Shown here: positions 8,520 through 17,091 of the stretch, in pieces
Layout: each line of letters opens with the position of its first letter
How positions within the stretch are numbered: the first letter of the stretch is position 1
Assembly: GCA_039680575.1 (NCBI GenBank)
Contig: JBDKSP010000106.1
Span: forward strand, 1-26,186
Origin: Armatimonadota bacterium
Lineage (GTDB): Bacteria > Armatimonadota > UBA5829 > DTLH01
Direction of reading: 5' to 3'
Length of the DNA stretch: 26,186 nucleotides
Notes under the pieces: model-generated
Told to the model about the DNA's origin: nothing
What the model saw: only the letters and a program-made list of their open reading frames with translations
The model's database searches: none
Translations under genes and position numbers: made by a program

Positions 8520-9473
8520 CTATGGGGTTTGATCGGACACGATTCTTATGGTTACTTTAACCTTGCCTGTGCCCTCGAGTTCTATTCCTGGCGGAACATG
8601 TAGTCCTACATAGCGGATGACATCAGATGTCGCGCCACTTACATCAACATCGTCAGTCAATATAATGCTGGTGCCGGCAAGCCTTTCCGGTTTGCCGTTT
8701 ACCATAATGGAGCTTGGTGTTATGCTGACCTTTGTGACCTTGTATGGGAATTCAGGCTGGCCTATTATGCTTGGGCTTACGAATACTGCTTTGTTCGCCG
8801 GGGCTTCAACCAGCTTCATAGCGATATGAGCATCATCAGGGGCTACATCCACACCATGTACCTCGTTACCGCGAGCATCCAATGCTTTGATGGCTGCATA
8901 TTCGTCTACTGAGGGCTTGAGCGGGGTAGGGTCGACTACAACCACCAGCCGCGCTACGCTGTTTACAAGGCTGCTTCCGCCGGATATCGTCGCGGTAGCG
9001 GGTGAAATATCCGGCTGGCTCGCAGACAGTCCAATGGGCGGTGAGGTCTTTATCCTGACCTGCACCGGCATCGTCCGGGACGAAACAGCATCCACAGTAA
9101 CGAGCATGTGCTGCGGAACAGCCTGAACGGTGACATCTCTGCCCGTAGAATCGGGAATATCGATCTTCACCGGTATGTCGTGATCTCCTGCCTGGCGGCC
9201 TCTGATGTCCACCAGTGCCCTGGCTTCACCTGATTTTACCATTGCAATGACTGCATCTATATCACTTTTGGACCCGCGAAGAGAGACTGTTACTTTGTCC
9301 TGGCGGGGTCTTGCGACATACCCGTCCTGGATATGAACAGCCTGTACCGTCATGTCGAGCGATGCAGTTGTCCATGGATTTCGCTCGCTGTGTACGTATG
9401 AAGACAGAATGATCGCGATACCTAAAGCGAGCAGTTTGTAAGGCCAATTGCTGAGCAGTTTGCGGGCTGACAT
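8520..9473 (-). CDS. cdaR: CdaR/YbbR-domain regulator of diadenylate cyclase
   Basis: N-terminal TM segment NWPYKLLALGIAIIL, repeated beta-rich YbbR-like units, position between cdaA and glmM. Confidence 0.88.
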   Translation of the reverse strand: MSARKLLSNWPYKLLALGIAIILSSYVHSERNPWTTASLDMTVQAVHIQDGYVARPRQDKVTVSLRGSKSDIDAVIAMVKSGEARALVDIRGRQAGDHDIPVKIDIPDSTGRDVTVQAVPQHMLVTVDAVSSRTMPVQVRIKTSPPIGLSASQPDISPATATISGGSSLVNSVARLVVVVDPTPLKPSVDEYAAIKALDARGNEVHGVDVAPDDAHIAMKLVEAPANKAVFVSPSIIGQPEFPYKVTKVSITPSSIMVNGKPERLAGTSIILTDDVDVSGATSDVIRYVGLHVPPGIELEGTGKVKVTIRIVSDQTP

Positions 9474-10327
9474 TATTTATACCTCAAACCGGCTCGCCGC
9501 AGGGTGACATCGACCGTTTTTCTGAATTGTGATCTATCTGAATTGTCGCCATCGCCGAATATCGATTTAAGCCATGTGGAAAGCGTGTCCTGGTTCAACC
9601 CGCTGTGGAGCTTGCCTTCGAGCGCGAGAGATATCGTTCCGGTCTCTTCAGAGACGACAACGACAACTGCATCGCTTTGTTCTGTGACGCCGATTGCGGC
9701 CTTATGCCGCGTGTGGATCATTGTGCCGATATGCACGCTCTCCGAAAGCGGCAGGATGCACCCGGCGGCGACTATTTTGTTTCCCCGGATGATGACCGCT
9801 CCGTCGTGGAGTGCGCTGCCGGGGTGGAATATCGTGGTAAGAAGATGAGCTGATACTGCTCCCTGTATCACCGTTCCGGTTTCTATCAGACTTTCGAGCC
9901 CTACGTCACGTTCCAGCACTATAAGCGCTCCGACACGCTGCGCTGACATTCTAGACGCCGCTTCAGCTATTGTCTGGATGATCGTAGAGATGTCTTCCTG
10001 AGCGAGTCTCGAAAACCCTCGGCTCCAACCAGCCCACTTGCCCATTTCCTCCAGAAGGTGGCGAAGCTCAGGGTAAAAAAGCAGAACGATAGCGACTGGT
10101 CCTAACGGCAGGAATATCTGAAGCAGCCAGTTTATCGTAACCAAGCCGAGCCGTCGGCTGACATATAAAAAGAGGAAGAAAATGACCAGTCCCCATATAA
10201 CCCGCCAGGCTCTGGAACGCTTTGCGAACATCATGAGCGAGTAAATTGCTATGGAGACCAATATGACGTCTATTATGGACGAGAGAAGCCCGACCCACCC
10301 GACCTGGAATAACCTATGCAGCCACAC
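9473..10327 (-). CDS. cdaA: Diadenylate cyclase CdaA
   Basis: Three N-terminal TM segments, PELR, GALIVLER, LHDGAVI, TRHKAA (RHR variant), VVSEETG. Confidence 0.94.
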   Translation of the reverse strand: MWLHRLFQVGWVGLLSSIIDVILVSIAIYSLMMFAKRSRAWRVIWGLVIFFLFLYVSRRLGLVTINWLLQIFLPLGPVAIVLLFYPELRHLLEEMGKWAGWSRGFSRLAQEDISTIIQTIAEAASRMSAQRVGALIVLERDVGLESLIETGTVIQGAVSAHLLTTIFHPGSALHDGAVIIRGNKIVAAGCILPLSESVHIGTMIHTRHKAAIGVTEQSDAVVVVVSEETGTISLALEGKLHSGLNQDTLSTWLKSIFGDGDNSDRSQFRKTVDVTLRRAGLRYK

Positions 10328-10524
10328 GGCTTTTAGTCCTGTATCCTTCTCTTCGTGGATAACGCTTGTTAACGAAGTTTACGCTATTTTGTACACTCAA
10401 TATAATAACACCGAGCTGTACACCCGGTCAACCAAAAATAAGATTTTTGGTGCGCATAGCGAGAGCAGAGTGGAGCCTTTTTGACGCGGATATTACGGAT
10501 GGGATGGGGAATCTATAGAAAGTA

Positions 10525-10614
10525 TGGTATGCTTCGGGACCGCAGTTCGTCCCGAAGCAGGAATCTCCATAAATTTAAAGAGCTGGCTTCGGCGCAAAGC
10601 TCGCGCCGAAGATT
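10525..10614 (+). repeat. 90-bp direct repeat (REP-A + REP-B doublet), copy 1
   Basis: Identical to 11748-11837. Contains hairpins at 10530-10559 and 10587-10611. Confidence 0.95.
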
Positions 10615-10628
10615 TCAAAGCAGGTATA

Positions 10629-11723
10629 TCACTTCAATTTAGAAGTAACATCCTTCCACTTCTGCTGTTTATCATCGATAACTCCGGGAATTGTTATTGC
10701 TTTGATGACCTTACCGTCTCGATTGGCAAAGACAAGCGCATTCAGATAGTTGTCTGCATATACACATTCAATGTCAAACGCCTGTCCAGATTTAAAGATA
10801 CTGTTACCTATGTAGATCAGCCTAAACAAGCGATTTCCTTCCTGCCAAACTGGGGCATATATGTAAAACCACAAGGAGTTTGGCTTTGAATCTTCGGCAT
10901 CTATTAGTACAAAGAAATTGCCATCCATTACCTCCATCATCCTGTAAACCTTATTGGTATCTGCCCACTTGGCAATAGCTGTCACATTCTTCGACTCAAT
11001 CAATAACGATAGTTTCTTACCTCGAATGTTGATTTCAGCAGGTAGGTCAGGATAATAACTCTCCTTATTCTGTTGATCACGATATTCTTTGAGTTCGTTT
11101 TTCTTCACGGATTTATCTGTATTGGTGTCTCCAGAGCCATTGAAATCGCAGTTTTCCACTAGGCTAAGCTCTTTATCAATAGATAATCCTGCGTACGTTT
11201 GCACCCTGCTTCCAAAGACCAGTGAGCGCGACTTGGTATCTACATAGATTGTTTCGATTGTCCGCCAATTAGTAGAGAACACTCCTTCGCCAACATATAC
11301 TAACTTCCATGGCTTGGAATCCTTTTTACTCAATGGGCAATGGGCAAATAGATAAACCCACCTAAGATCACCACCTGATAAACCATTATCGAGAACTACG
11401 ACGAATTTACCTGCGTCGAATGGCACTTCCCACATAAGATTACCGATTCTATTGGCAATGGCCCAAGCCACAATTTCTTGCCTGTCTTTTGCTTGCTGAA
11501 GTAGTTGGTATCTAGTGCCAACTGGCAGATTGATCTCGGTAGGTAAGTTCGGATAATGGTAGTTTCTGCTACTATCGAATGCTGGATCAGAAATTGAGAA
11601 TTGCCTACTCACACATGTGGAACTCCAGTTATCCGCCTCCTTGATTATTGTTTGCCCATCAGCACTAGAGAAAATGAATGTGCAGACCAGCACAATTGTA
11701 AAAAGGAAGCAATTTCTACACAT
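10629..11723 (-). CDS. Secreted hypothetical protein with two tandem homologous domains
   Basis: Signal-peptide-like N-terminus, GGAGG RBS. YPNLPTEIN... / YPDLPAEIN... internal duplication. Confidence 0.8.
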   Translation of the reverse strand: MCRNCFLFTIVLVCTFIFSSADGQTIIKEADNWSSTCVSRQFSISDPAFDSSRNYHYPNLPTEINLPVGTRYQLLQQAKDRQEIVAWAIANRIGNLMWEVPFDAGKFVVVLDNGLSGGDLRWVYLFAHCPLSKKDSKPWKLVYVGEGVFSTNWRTIETIYVDTKSRSLVFGSRVQTYAGLSIDKELSLVENCDFNGSGDTNTDKSVKKNELKEYRDQQNKESYYPDLPAEINIRGKKLSLLIESKNVTAIAKWADTNKVYRMMEVMDGNFFVLIDAEDSKPNSLWFYIYAPVWQEGNRLFRLIYIGNSIFKSGQAFDIECVYADNYLNALVFANRDGKVIKAITIPGVIDDKQQKWKDVTSKLK

Positions 11724-11747
11724 ATTATCCTACCTCCGTTTGTTTTT

Positions 11748-11837
11748 TGGTATGCTTCGGGACCGCAGTTCGTCCCGAAGCAGGAATCTCCATAAATTTA
11801 AAGAGCTGGCTTCGGCGCAAAGCTCGCGCCGAAGATT
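11748..11837 (+). repeat. 90-bp direct repeat (REP-A + REP-B doublet), copy 2
   Basis: Identical to 10525-10614. Confidence 0.95.
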
Positions 11838-11875
11838 CTAATTTACAAATCACCGACCATCAGGTAATCACTATT

Positions 11876-12508
11876 TCACCACCCAGCACGCCCCTTAGGT
11901 AGGCTCTTCCTATAAACATGCTCTATATCTCTATCAAGGTCTCTTACGACCGAACTGTTCTGATCCACACGCTTTATATGTGAACTTTTACGATATTTAG
12001 CTTCCATATCTAATAGATGTGTAGCGATAGCATCGATTTTCTCATATGATTTTTTTGCATCATCTGGTAATTTGGAACGCATCTCTTTCGAGGGCATAGC
12101 AAATACTGATTCTCTGTTTCCAAGAACAAGCTGCAGGTCAGCACCATGATCCATTGGTGGCATCTGTCCAGAGAACCATTTGATATCTGGCTTAAATGTA
12201 AGTAAGTCTTGCTCTGATGACTCAATCGCCTTTCTGAAAGACATCAAGTCTTCTTCAGATAACCTGGCGTTCCATACATTGTAAGACATCTGTCCACCAG
12301 GTCGTATAGAACGGATCGTTCCTTGTGACAGGTCAATAGTCACAAGTCCCCTAAAAGGTACTCTTGTATATAGTGTGATACGTTCCTGCAGGGGTTTCGG
12401 CCTGTTGGTACTCCTGCTTGCATTATTTCGTGCACATCCGGTGATAACGAGTAATGTCAGTATAGCCAGATATACAATATACACATTACGGCTAGAACCC
12501 ACATGCAT
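11876..12508 (-). CDS. Hypothetical lipoprotein
   Basis: ATG 12508 with AAGGAG RBS. Hydrophobic stretch ending in lipobox-like VITGC. 210 aa. Confidence 0.75.
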   Translation of the reverse strand: MHVGSSRNVYIVYLAILTLLVITGCARNNASRSTNRPKPLQERITLYTRVPFRGLVTIDLSQGTIRSIRPGGQMSYNVWNARLSEEDLMSFRKAIESSEQDLLTFKPDIKWFSGQMPPMDHGADLQLVLGNRESVFAMPSKEMRSKLPDDAKKSYEKIDAIATHLLDMEAKYRKSSHIKRVDQNSSVVRDLDRDIEHVYRKSLPKGRAGW

Positions 12509-12532
12509 GCTTAACTCCTTCAGCAATTTTCC

Positions 12533-12563
12533 GTATGCTTCAGCGCGGTTTTTGCGCCGAAGC
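12533..12563 (+). repeat. REP-like palindrome type B (GTAT-GCTTCAGCGCGGTTTTTGCGCCGAAGC)
   Basis: Imperfect hairpin with the same GTATGCTTC foot as type A. Homologs at 14070, 13231, 5986, 4950, 10587, 11810 and 16303. Confidence 0.85.
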
Positions 12564-12657
12564 CCTCATGACCGACATTCACGGCCTGATCGTTCTGTGG
12601 CTACCATCCCGTCTACACTGTCTATCGCCGATGAGCCAGCAACCGTACATCCTTGGT

Positions 12658-13209
12658 CTACCAGTCAATAGTGACACCAGATGCTACTGTCCAGGCTCGT
12701 ACAACTCTGTCATTGCGATCAAATGCGATTTGAAATGTCGAGTTGTTCCAAAGATCATATTTCCAAAAGCTTATTGCTTTCCTTTGACCACCAGTACTAC
12801 GCGGTTTTCCACATAAACTACGAACCTGGTCTTTGGTCATCCCTACCCTCGGTGCACCACCAGGCCAGACTTTCTTTGGAGGGATTTTGACATCATCCGT
12901 CACTACACCTGTGACTCGTCCTGACGGGTCAAAACTTACTATGGCTCCGTGTAGCCAATCTGCATTAGGGTATAACGGATATTCCCAAAGCTCATAGTAG
13001 ATATTCAATCTTTCCCTATCCGGTTTGCCAAGTAATGCAAATGTTTGCTGTTTCGTCATTCCGGGCCTTATTCTATTATATGCAGAGTGCTGAAACCAGA
13101 TGTTGAAAGTTGGCGTATCAATATGATTCATTGACCTGCAAAGATCAAATATTATGCCTATACAAAACATAATCACAATAATTAATATCATAGGCCGTAA
13201 TTTGCCCAT
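12658..13209 (-). CDS. Membrane-anchored protein with two SmpA/OmlA(BamE)-like domains
   Basis: IRPGMTKQQTFALLGKP...WEY and PRVGMTKDQVRSLCGKP...WKY, N-terminal TM. Start placed at ATG 13209 (GAGGGTG RBS). Confidence 0.75.
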   Translation of the reverse strand: MGKLRPMILIIVIMFCIGIIFDLCRSMNHIDTPTFNIWFQHSAYNRIRPGMTKQQTFALLGKPDRERLNIYYELWEYPLYPNADWLHGAIVSFDPSGRVTGVVTDDVKIPPKKVWPGGAPRVGMTKDQVRSLCGKPRSTGGQRKAISFWKYDLWNNSTFQIAFDRNDRVVRAWTVASGVTIDW

Positions 13210-13230
13210 TTTCACCCTCAATATACACGC

Positions 13231-13250
13231 GTATGCGGTTTTTGCGCCGA
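13231..13250 (+). repeat. Degenerate REP type B
   Basis: GTATGCGGTTTTTGCGCCGA equals 12533-12560 with an internal deletion. Confidence 0.7.
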
Positions 13251-13273
13251 CACATCCCAAACTCTGGAAGTCT

Positions 13274-13290
13274 CCCCGGCATAGCCGGGG
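13274..13290. repeat. Short GC hairpin CCCCGGC-ATA-GCCGGGG (IS200-end-like or terminator)
   Basis: Perfect 7-bp stem followed by a T-run on the + strand. Resembles IS200/IS605 subterminal hairpins from memory. Confidence 0.5.
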
Positions 13291-13328
13291 TTTTACCTTT
13301 TTCAATTAGCCTTGGACGTGGTATACAT

Positions 13329-13970
13329 TTAATTGATAATATATTCTCTGTTCGGATCGCGAGGTATCACTCCAAGATCCTGCAGAGCGAGATCCGCAGA
13401 ATCTCTGACTTTGGTGTCCGGATCGTTTATCCATGCATCTTTCAGAGCGTTAATTATGGATGGTGGTATCTTGGGAAAACGTTGAGAGCCAACACCGAAC
13501 AGACTCCATACTGCACCATTACGCATCTCAACATCCATATCAAACAATGAACGGCGATACAATAGAATAAGCAGATTTTCATACTCCGTGTATTCGTCGG
13601 TTATCTCCTCTCGTATCTTCATAAAGATACCTAACGCCATCAATGCCCGCAATCTTAATTCTTTATCTTGAGCAGTCAGCAATTCAGCGATAACCCGAAT
13701 AGCACCGGGGCCAGCTTTTTGTATTTTCTTCTCATTCTCTATTGACAAACTCGGACATACCAGTTTCAGACTAGCGACAGCCTCGCTTACACACTTCTCA
13801 GTTTCCGAGGACAAAGGATACTTGATCCTAAACGCCGTCAGTTTCTCATTTAACTCTTTCAGCAGCTCAGAGGGCATGTTCTCACGAAATACAGGCTGGT
13901 CAGATTGCGCCCCAACGATGCTACTACATACAATTAGCAGTAAAGCGGTTGATAAAACTAGTGTTTTCAT
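13329..13970 (-). CDS. Secreted HEAT-repeat protein
   Basis: Signal peptide. DKELRLRALMALG, DMDVEMRNGAVWSL, DPDTKVRDSADLAL. GAGGAGG RBS. Confidence 0.8.
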   Translation of the reverse strand: MKTLVLSTALLLIVCSSIVGAQSDQPVFRENMPSELLKELNEKLTAFRIKYPLSSETEKCVSEAVASLKLVCPSLSIENEKKIQKAGPGAIRVIAELLTAQDKELRLRALMALGIFMKIREEITDEYTEYENLLILLYRRSLFDMDVEMRNGAVWSLFGVGSQRFPKIPPSIINALKDAWINDPDTKVRDSADLALQDLGVIPRDPNREYIIN

Positions 13971-14069
13971 ATATCTTTCCTCCTCGTAATCTGCATTGTC
14001 AGGCTTTATATTATCTATAGACCATCTGGTGCATCTCGAACTTCAAAAATGTGATTAGGATTATCTTTG

Positions 14070-14100
14070 GTATCCTTCAGCGCGGCTTTTGCGCCGGATA
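14070..14100 (+). repeat. REP type B variant
   Basis: GTATCCTTCAGCGCGGCTTTTGCGCCGGATA aligns with 12533-12563. Confidence 0.8.
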
Positions 14101-14268
14101 TTCAAAACATCGTCTCCGATATATCGGATATAGGGGATTCGTTTGTTAATATAGAGTAATCGGTGCATAGCATAGTTGCTATTATGTCTAAATATATATA
14201 CCACTTGAGGAATATGTCAATGGCTGTTTGCATATATTCCTGATGATGAATCGCGTTTACTCTCCTGC

Positions 14269-14297
14269 TTGAAAAGAAAGCCTCCGAATGGCATAAT
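14269..14297 (+). promoter_or_regulatory. Sigma-70-type promoter for holA
   Basis: TTGAAA-17 nt-CATAAT with extended TG. ATG 12 nt downstream and no obvious SD. Confidence 0.55.
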
Positions 14298-14309
14298 AGA
14301 GCCACTACA

Positions 14310-15407
14310 ATGGCAAGAAAAACCGACAGCGTAAAAAGCTCTGCAATCAGAGCATATCTCTACCACGGAGCGGACGACGCTCAGAAAAAAGCGGCTCTAT
14401 TAAAGCTCGAAGCAGAGATTGTCGACCCTGATTTTCGCGATTTCGACCTCGAACAGCTCTATGGGCCGGATGTGACTGCAGACCGGGTCATGACCGCCGC
14501 AACGATAGCCCCATTTGCCTCGAAACAGCGGTTGGTCATAGTTACTCAGGCGAACGACATATCCACAGCCGAACAGCAGTCTATCGCCTCAAAGCTGGAG
14601 CATGTTCCTGACTTCGTCTGCGTGGTTTTCATCACTCCGGCGCCCAAAATGCAGGACGGAAAGCCCAAGCGCGGGTCTGAGATTCATGCCGATCTGATGA
14701 AAGCGGTCAAAAAGGCCGGCAAATCCGTCGATTTTCCGTTGATGAGGGCCGATGCGGCGGCTCGCTTCGTCCATGATCTCGTAAAACAGCTTGGAAAATC
14801 TATCTCGCCGTCCGCTGCGGCATCGGTTGTCCGCAGATGCGGCACTGACTCAGGGATTTTGGCGACCGAGGTCGAGAAGCTCTTTAATTATGTCGGAGAC
14901 CGCGCGACCGTAACGGACGCGGACGTCCAGCAGGTCATCACAGAGACCGTCGAAGAGAAAATCTTCGCGCTGATGGATGCTATCGGCGCAAAAAAGCCCG
15001 CGCTTGCGATGCACTACCTTCGTCCGCTGCTCCACGGTGGGGGAAGTGAAGTGGCAGGGGAGGCGCTGAGGACACTTGTTATGCTGACGCGCCACTTCAG
15101 GCAGCTTTGGCAGGCGCGGCTTCTGATTGACGCGGGAGGCAGGGCTGGTCGTGTGCCGGAAGACGTAGAGATGGCGCTCCCTGAGAACGGCAGTATCCTC
15201 AAAATGGAGGACTGGAAGCGGAACAAGATCATGGAGCAGGCGAGAAACTTCAGCCTTGGCGATCTGGCGAGGTGCTTCGAGAGGATAGCGGCTGCTGATC
15301 TTGCGATAAAGGGGATAGATGGCGCAGTAAGTGATTCGGCGATGGCGGTAGAGATGCTGACAATGGAACTGAGCAGCCAGCCACAAAGCAAGAAGGGACG
15401 GTTCTAA
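14310..15407 (+). CDS. holA: DNA polymerase III delta subunit
   Basis: YLYHGAD, PFASKQRLVIV, TEVEKL, IFALMDAI, DLAIK. Convergent with rpsT as is common. Confidence 0.92.
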   Translation: MARKTDSVKSSAIRAYLYHGADDAQKKAALLKLEAEIVDPDFRDFDLEQLYGPDVTADRVMTAATIAPFASKQRLVIVTQANDISTAEQQSIASKLEHVPDFVCVVFITPAPKMQDGKPKRGSEIHADLMKAVKKAGKSVDFPLMRADAAARFVHDLVKQLGKSISPSAAASVVRRCGTDSGILATEVEKLFNYVGDRATVTDADVQQVITETVEEKIFALMDAIGAKKPALAMHYLRPLLHGGGSEVAGEALRTLVMLTRHFRQLWQARLLIDAGGRAGRVPEDVEMALPENGSILKMEDWKRNKIMEQARNFSLGDLARCFERIAAADLAIKGIDGAVSDSAMAVEMLTMELSSQPQSKKGRF

Positions 15408-15474
15408 AACCATCCCCTCCAAATCTCATACAGCCCTTGCGGGGTGCATCACCCCGGCTTCACATAACTTTTAG

Positions 15475-15738
15475 TTATGCGCTGGCCTTATTTGCTTTTT
15501 TCATCAGTCTCGACTTGCGGCGAGCGGCGGCATTCTTATGGATGATGCCTTTCTCAGCGGCCTTGTCGATTATGCTAACGGTCTGAGAGACGATCTGAGC
15601 TACCTCACTACTGCCCTCATCGATCATTGACTTGCTCTTTTTTACAAAGGTCTTGATCTTGGACTTGGTAGCAAGATTCCGCAGGTGGTTCTGCCTCGAC
15701 TTCTTAACGTCCTTCATAACCGATTTGATATTCGGCAA
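15475..15738 (-). CDS. rpsT: 30S ribosomal protein S20
   Basis: MPNIKS...IDKAAEKGIIHKNAAARRKSRL. Confidence 0.97.
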   Translation of the reverse strand: MPNIKSVMKDVKKSRQNHLRNLATKSKIKTFVKKSKSMIDEGSSEVAQIVSQTVSIIDKAAEKGIIHKNAAARRKSRLMKKANKASA

Positions 15739-15958
15739 CTACGTGTCACCCCCAGTCTTACAAACTAAGTAAACCTGTAAAGTCTATCAGATTATCGGCA
15801 AAAAGGCAAGCGAATTCAATCTTCAGCGATACTTTTTCGATTCAACATAAATCAAAATAGCTCTCCTTTACAAATTTAGCTTTTTTGAACTGCTTCATAG
15901 TTAGCTACTTGTGTAAGATTCACTGTTGATGAGTATGACATCATGCTGAATTATCACA

Positions 15959-16025
15959 ACGTCATGCTGAGCTTGACTCAGCATCCAGGAAGAAAATGGA
16001 CCCTGAATCAAGTTCAGGGTGACGT
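15959..16025. repeat. Cruciform palindromic element (GTCA-hairpin-TCC...GGA-hairpin-TGAC)
   Basis: TGCTGAG-CTTGA-CTCAGCA and CCCTGAA-TCAAG-TTCAGGG hairpins with complementary loops, closed by ACGTCA/TGACGT. Confidence 0.8.
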
Positions 16026-16109
16026 GCTGGTTGTTCAAGGGTGACGTGCTTTCATCTAAGTAGTCTCCGTTTCTAGTAGCAGCTATGGTAGAGTCCGGTT
16101 CTTGCAGAG

Positions 16110-16143
16110 CTCCCCGTGGTCCGGTGGGTCCACGGGGTAGATG
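16110..16143 (+). repeat. Palindromic repeat type C, copy 2
   Basis: 32/34 identical to 7081-7114. Confidence 0.85.
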
Positions 16144-16167
16144 GCCGGCACGGAGACCGGCCACTAC
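16142..16167 (-). repeat. GTAG-family REP-like element
   Basis: Minus strand reads GTAG-TGGCCGG-TCTCCGTG-CCGGCCA, the classic tetranucleotide plus hairpin layout. Confidence 0.65.
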
Positions 16168-16302
16168 GTCAAGCTGGCCTGCTATTAAGACAGGATGTTA
16201 CTTAGGGTGATGTGTTGGTTGTGCAATTTGATGTAAGATCTCTCATTAGGAGTGAACTGTTATCTACTTGTTGCAATAAGGTCATAATATCTACTAAGAT
16301 GG

Positions 16303-16330
16303 ACTTCAGCGCAGAAGACGGCGCAGAAAG
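16303..16330 (-). repeat. Degenerate REP type B upstream of GNAT gene
   Basis: CTTCAGCGCAGAAGACGGCGCAGAAAG aligns with the reverse complement of 12537-12563. Confidence 0.5.
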
Positions 16331-16344
16331 GCAAGATTTGACTC

Positions 16345-16887
16345 GTGAAATCTGATCATTATCTTCTCATTCAGCTCGTGGAAGAGCATTTTTCCGAGTT
16401 GCACAGGTGGAATGTTGCGGAAAAACATATGGAACTCTATACTTGCCAGCCTGTAACAGTGCGGCTTTCGGAGGATGCGTATATCGACAAAATGAGATGC
16501 AATATCAGGAGCGCCACCAACTCATATTATGTGCTGGTGGCAGCGGATAACCACGCCATGCCTCTGGGAAAGATCAGATCGTTCGATTATAACCCGAGAA
16601 ATCACAGCGCCGAGTTCGGATACTACCTCCCTGCGCAGCACAGAGGATGCGGCTTGGGCAGTATAATGCTCAGGAAGTTCCTGGATGTGTTATTTACGGA
16701 CAGTAGATACGATCTGAACAAGCTCTATGCGACTACATCATCGAACAACATCGCTTCCATCAGGCTTTTGGAGAAATACGGCTTCAAATTGGATGGAAGG
16801 CAGAGGGAACACTACTGGGTCGATGGAAATCATTATGACCAGCTTATTTACTCGATTCTGAGATCGGAGTGGGAATGGCTAAAGTAG
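16345..16887 (+). CDS. GNAT-family N-acetyltransferase (RimJ/RimL-like)
   Basis: SAEFGYYL, HRGCGLGS, NIASIRLLEKYGFKLDGRQREH, YSILRSEW. Confidence 0.9.
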   Translation: MKSDHYLLIQLVEEHFSELHRWNVAEKHMELYTCQPVTVRLSEDAYIDKMRCNIRSATNSYYVLVAADNHAMPLGKIRSFDYNPRNHSAEFGYYLPAQHRGCGLGSIMLRKFLDVLFTDSRYDLNKLYATTSSNNIASIRLLEKYGFKLDGRQREHYWVDGNHYDQLIYSILRSEWEWLK

Positions 16888-17091
16888 AACTTCACACTCG
16901 ATGGAGCAGATAATCCGTATTTGCTCATCCAGTCGAATCGCGAAATGCGCGAAGAAGCACGAAAGACGCGAAAAGAGACTCGCCACCTACGGTGTCGGCT
17001 TCGGTGGCAAGCAAACCGAAGCAAAAAGGGTAAACACAGTAAATCTCCACCTTCCGCGGTTCAAAGACGAAAAGCAGACAGCTGCTCTCGC

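Noticed and set aside
10525..14100. Classical integron or CRISPR array
   Set aside because: No intI and no attC-type RYYYAAC...GTTRRRY boundaries. The repeats are separated by whole genes, not 30-40-nt spacers, and there are no cas genes.
15901..16164. 87-aa ORF, and similar small ORFs at 4734-4976, 5959-6171 and 10524-10889
   Set aside because: They run through palindromic repeats or overlap better-supported genes.
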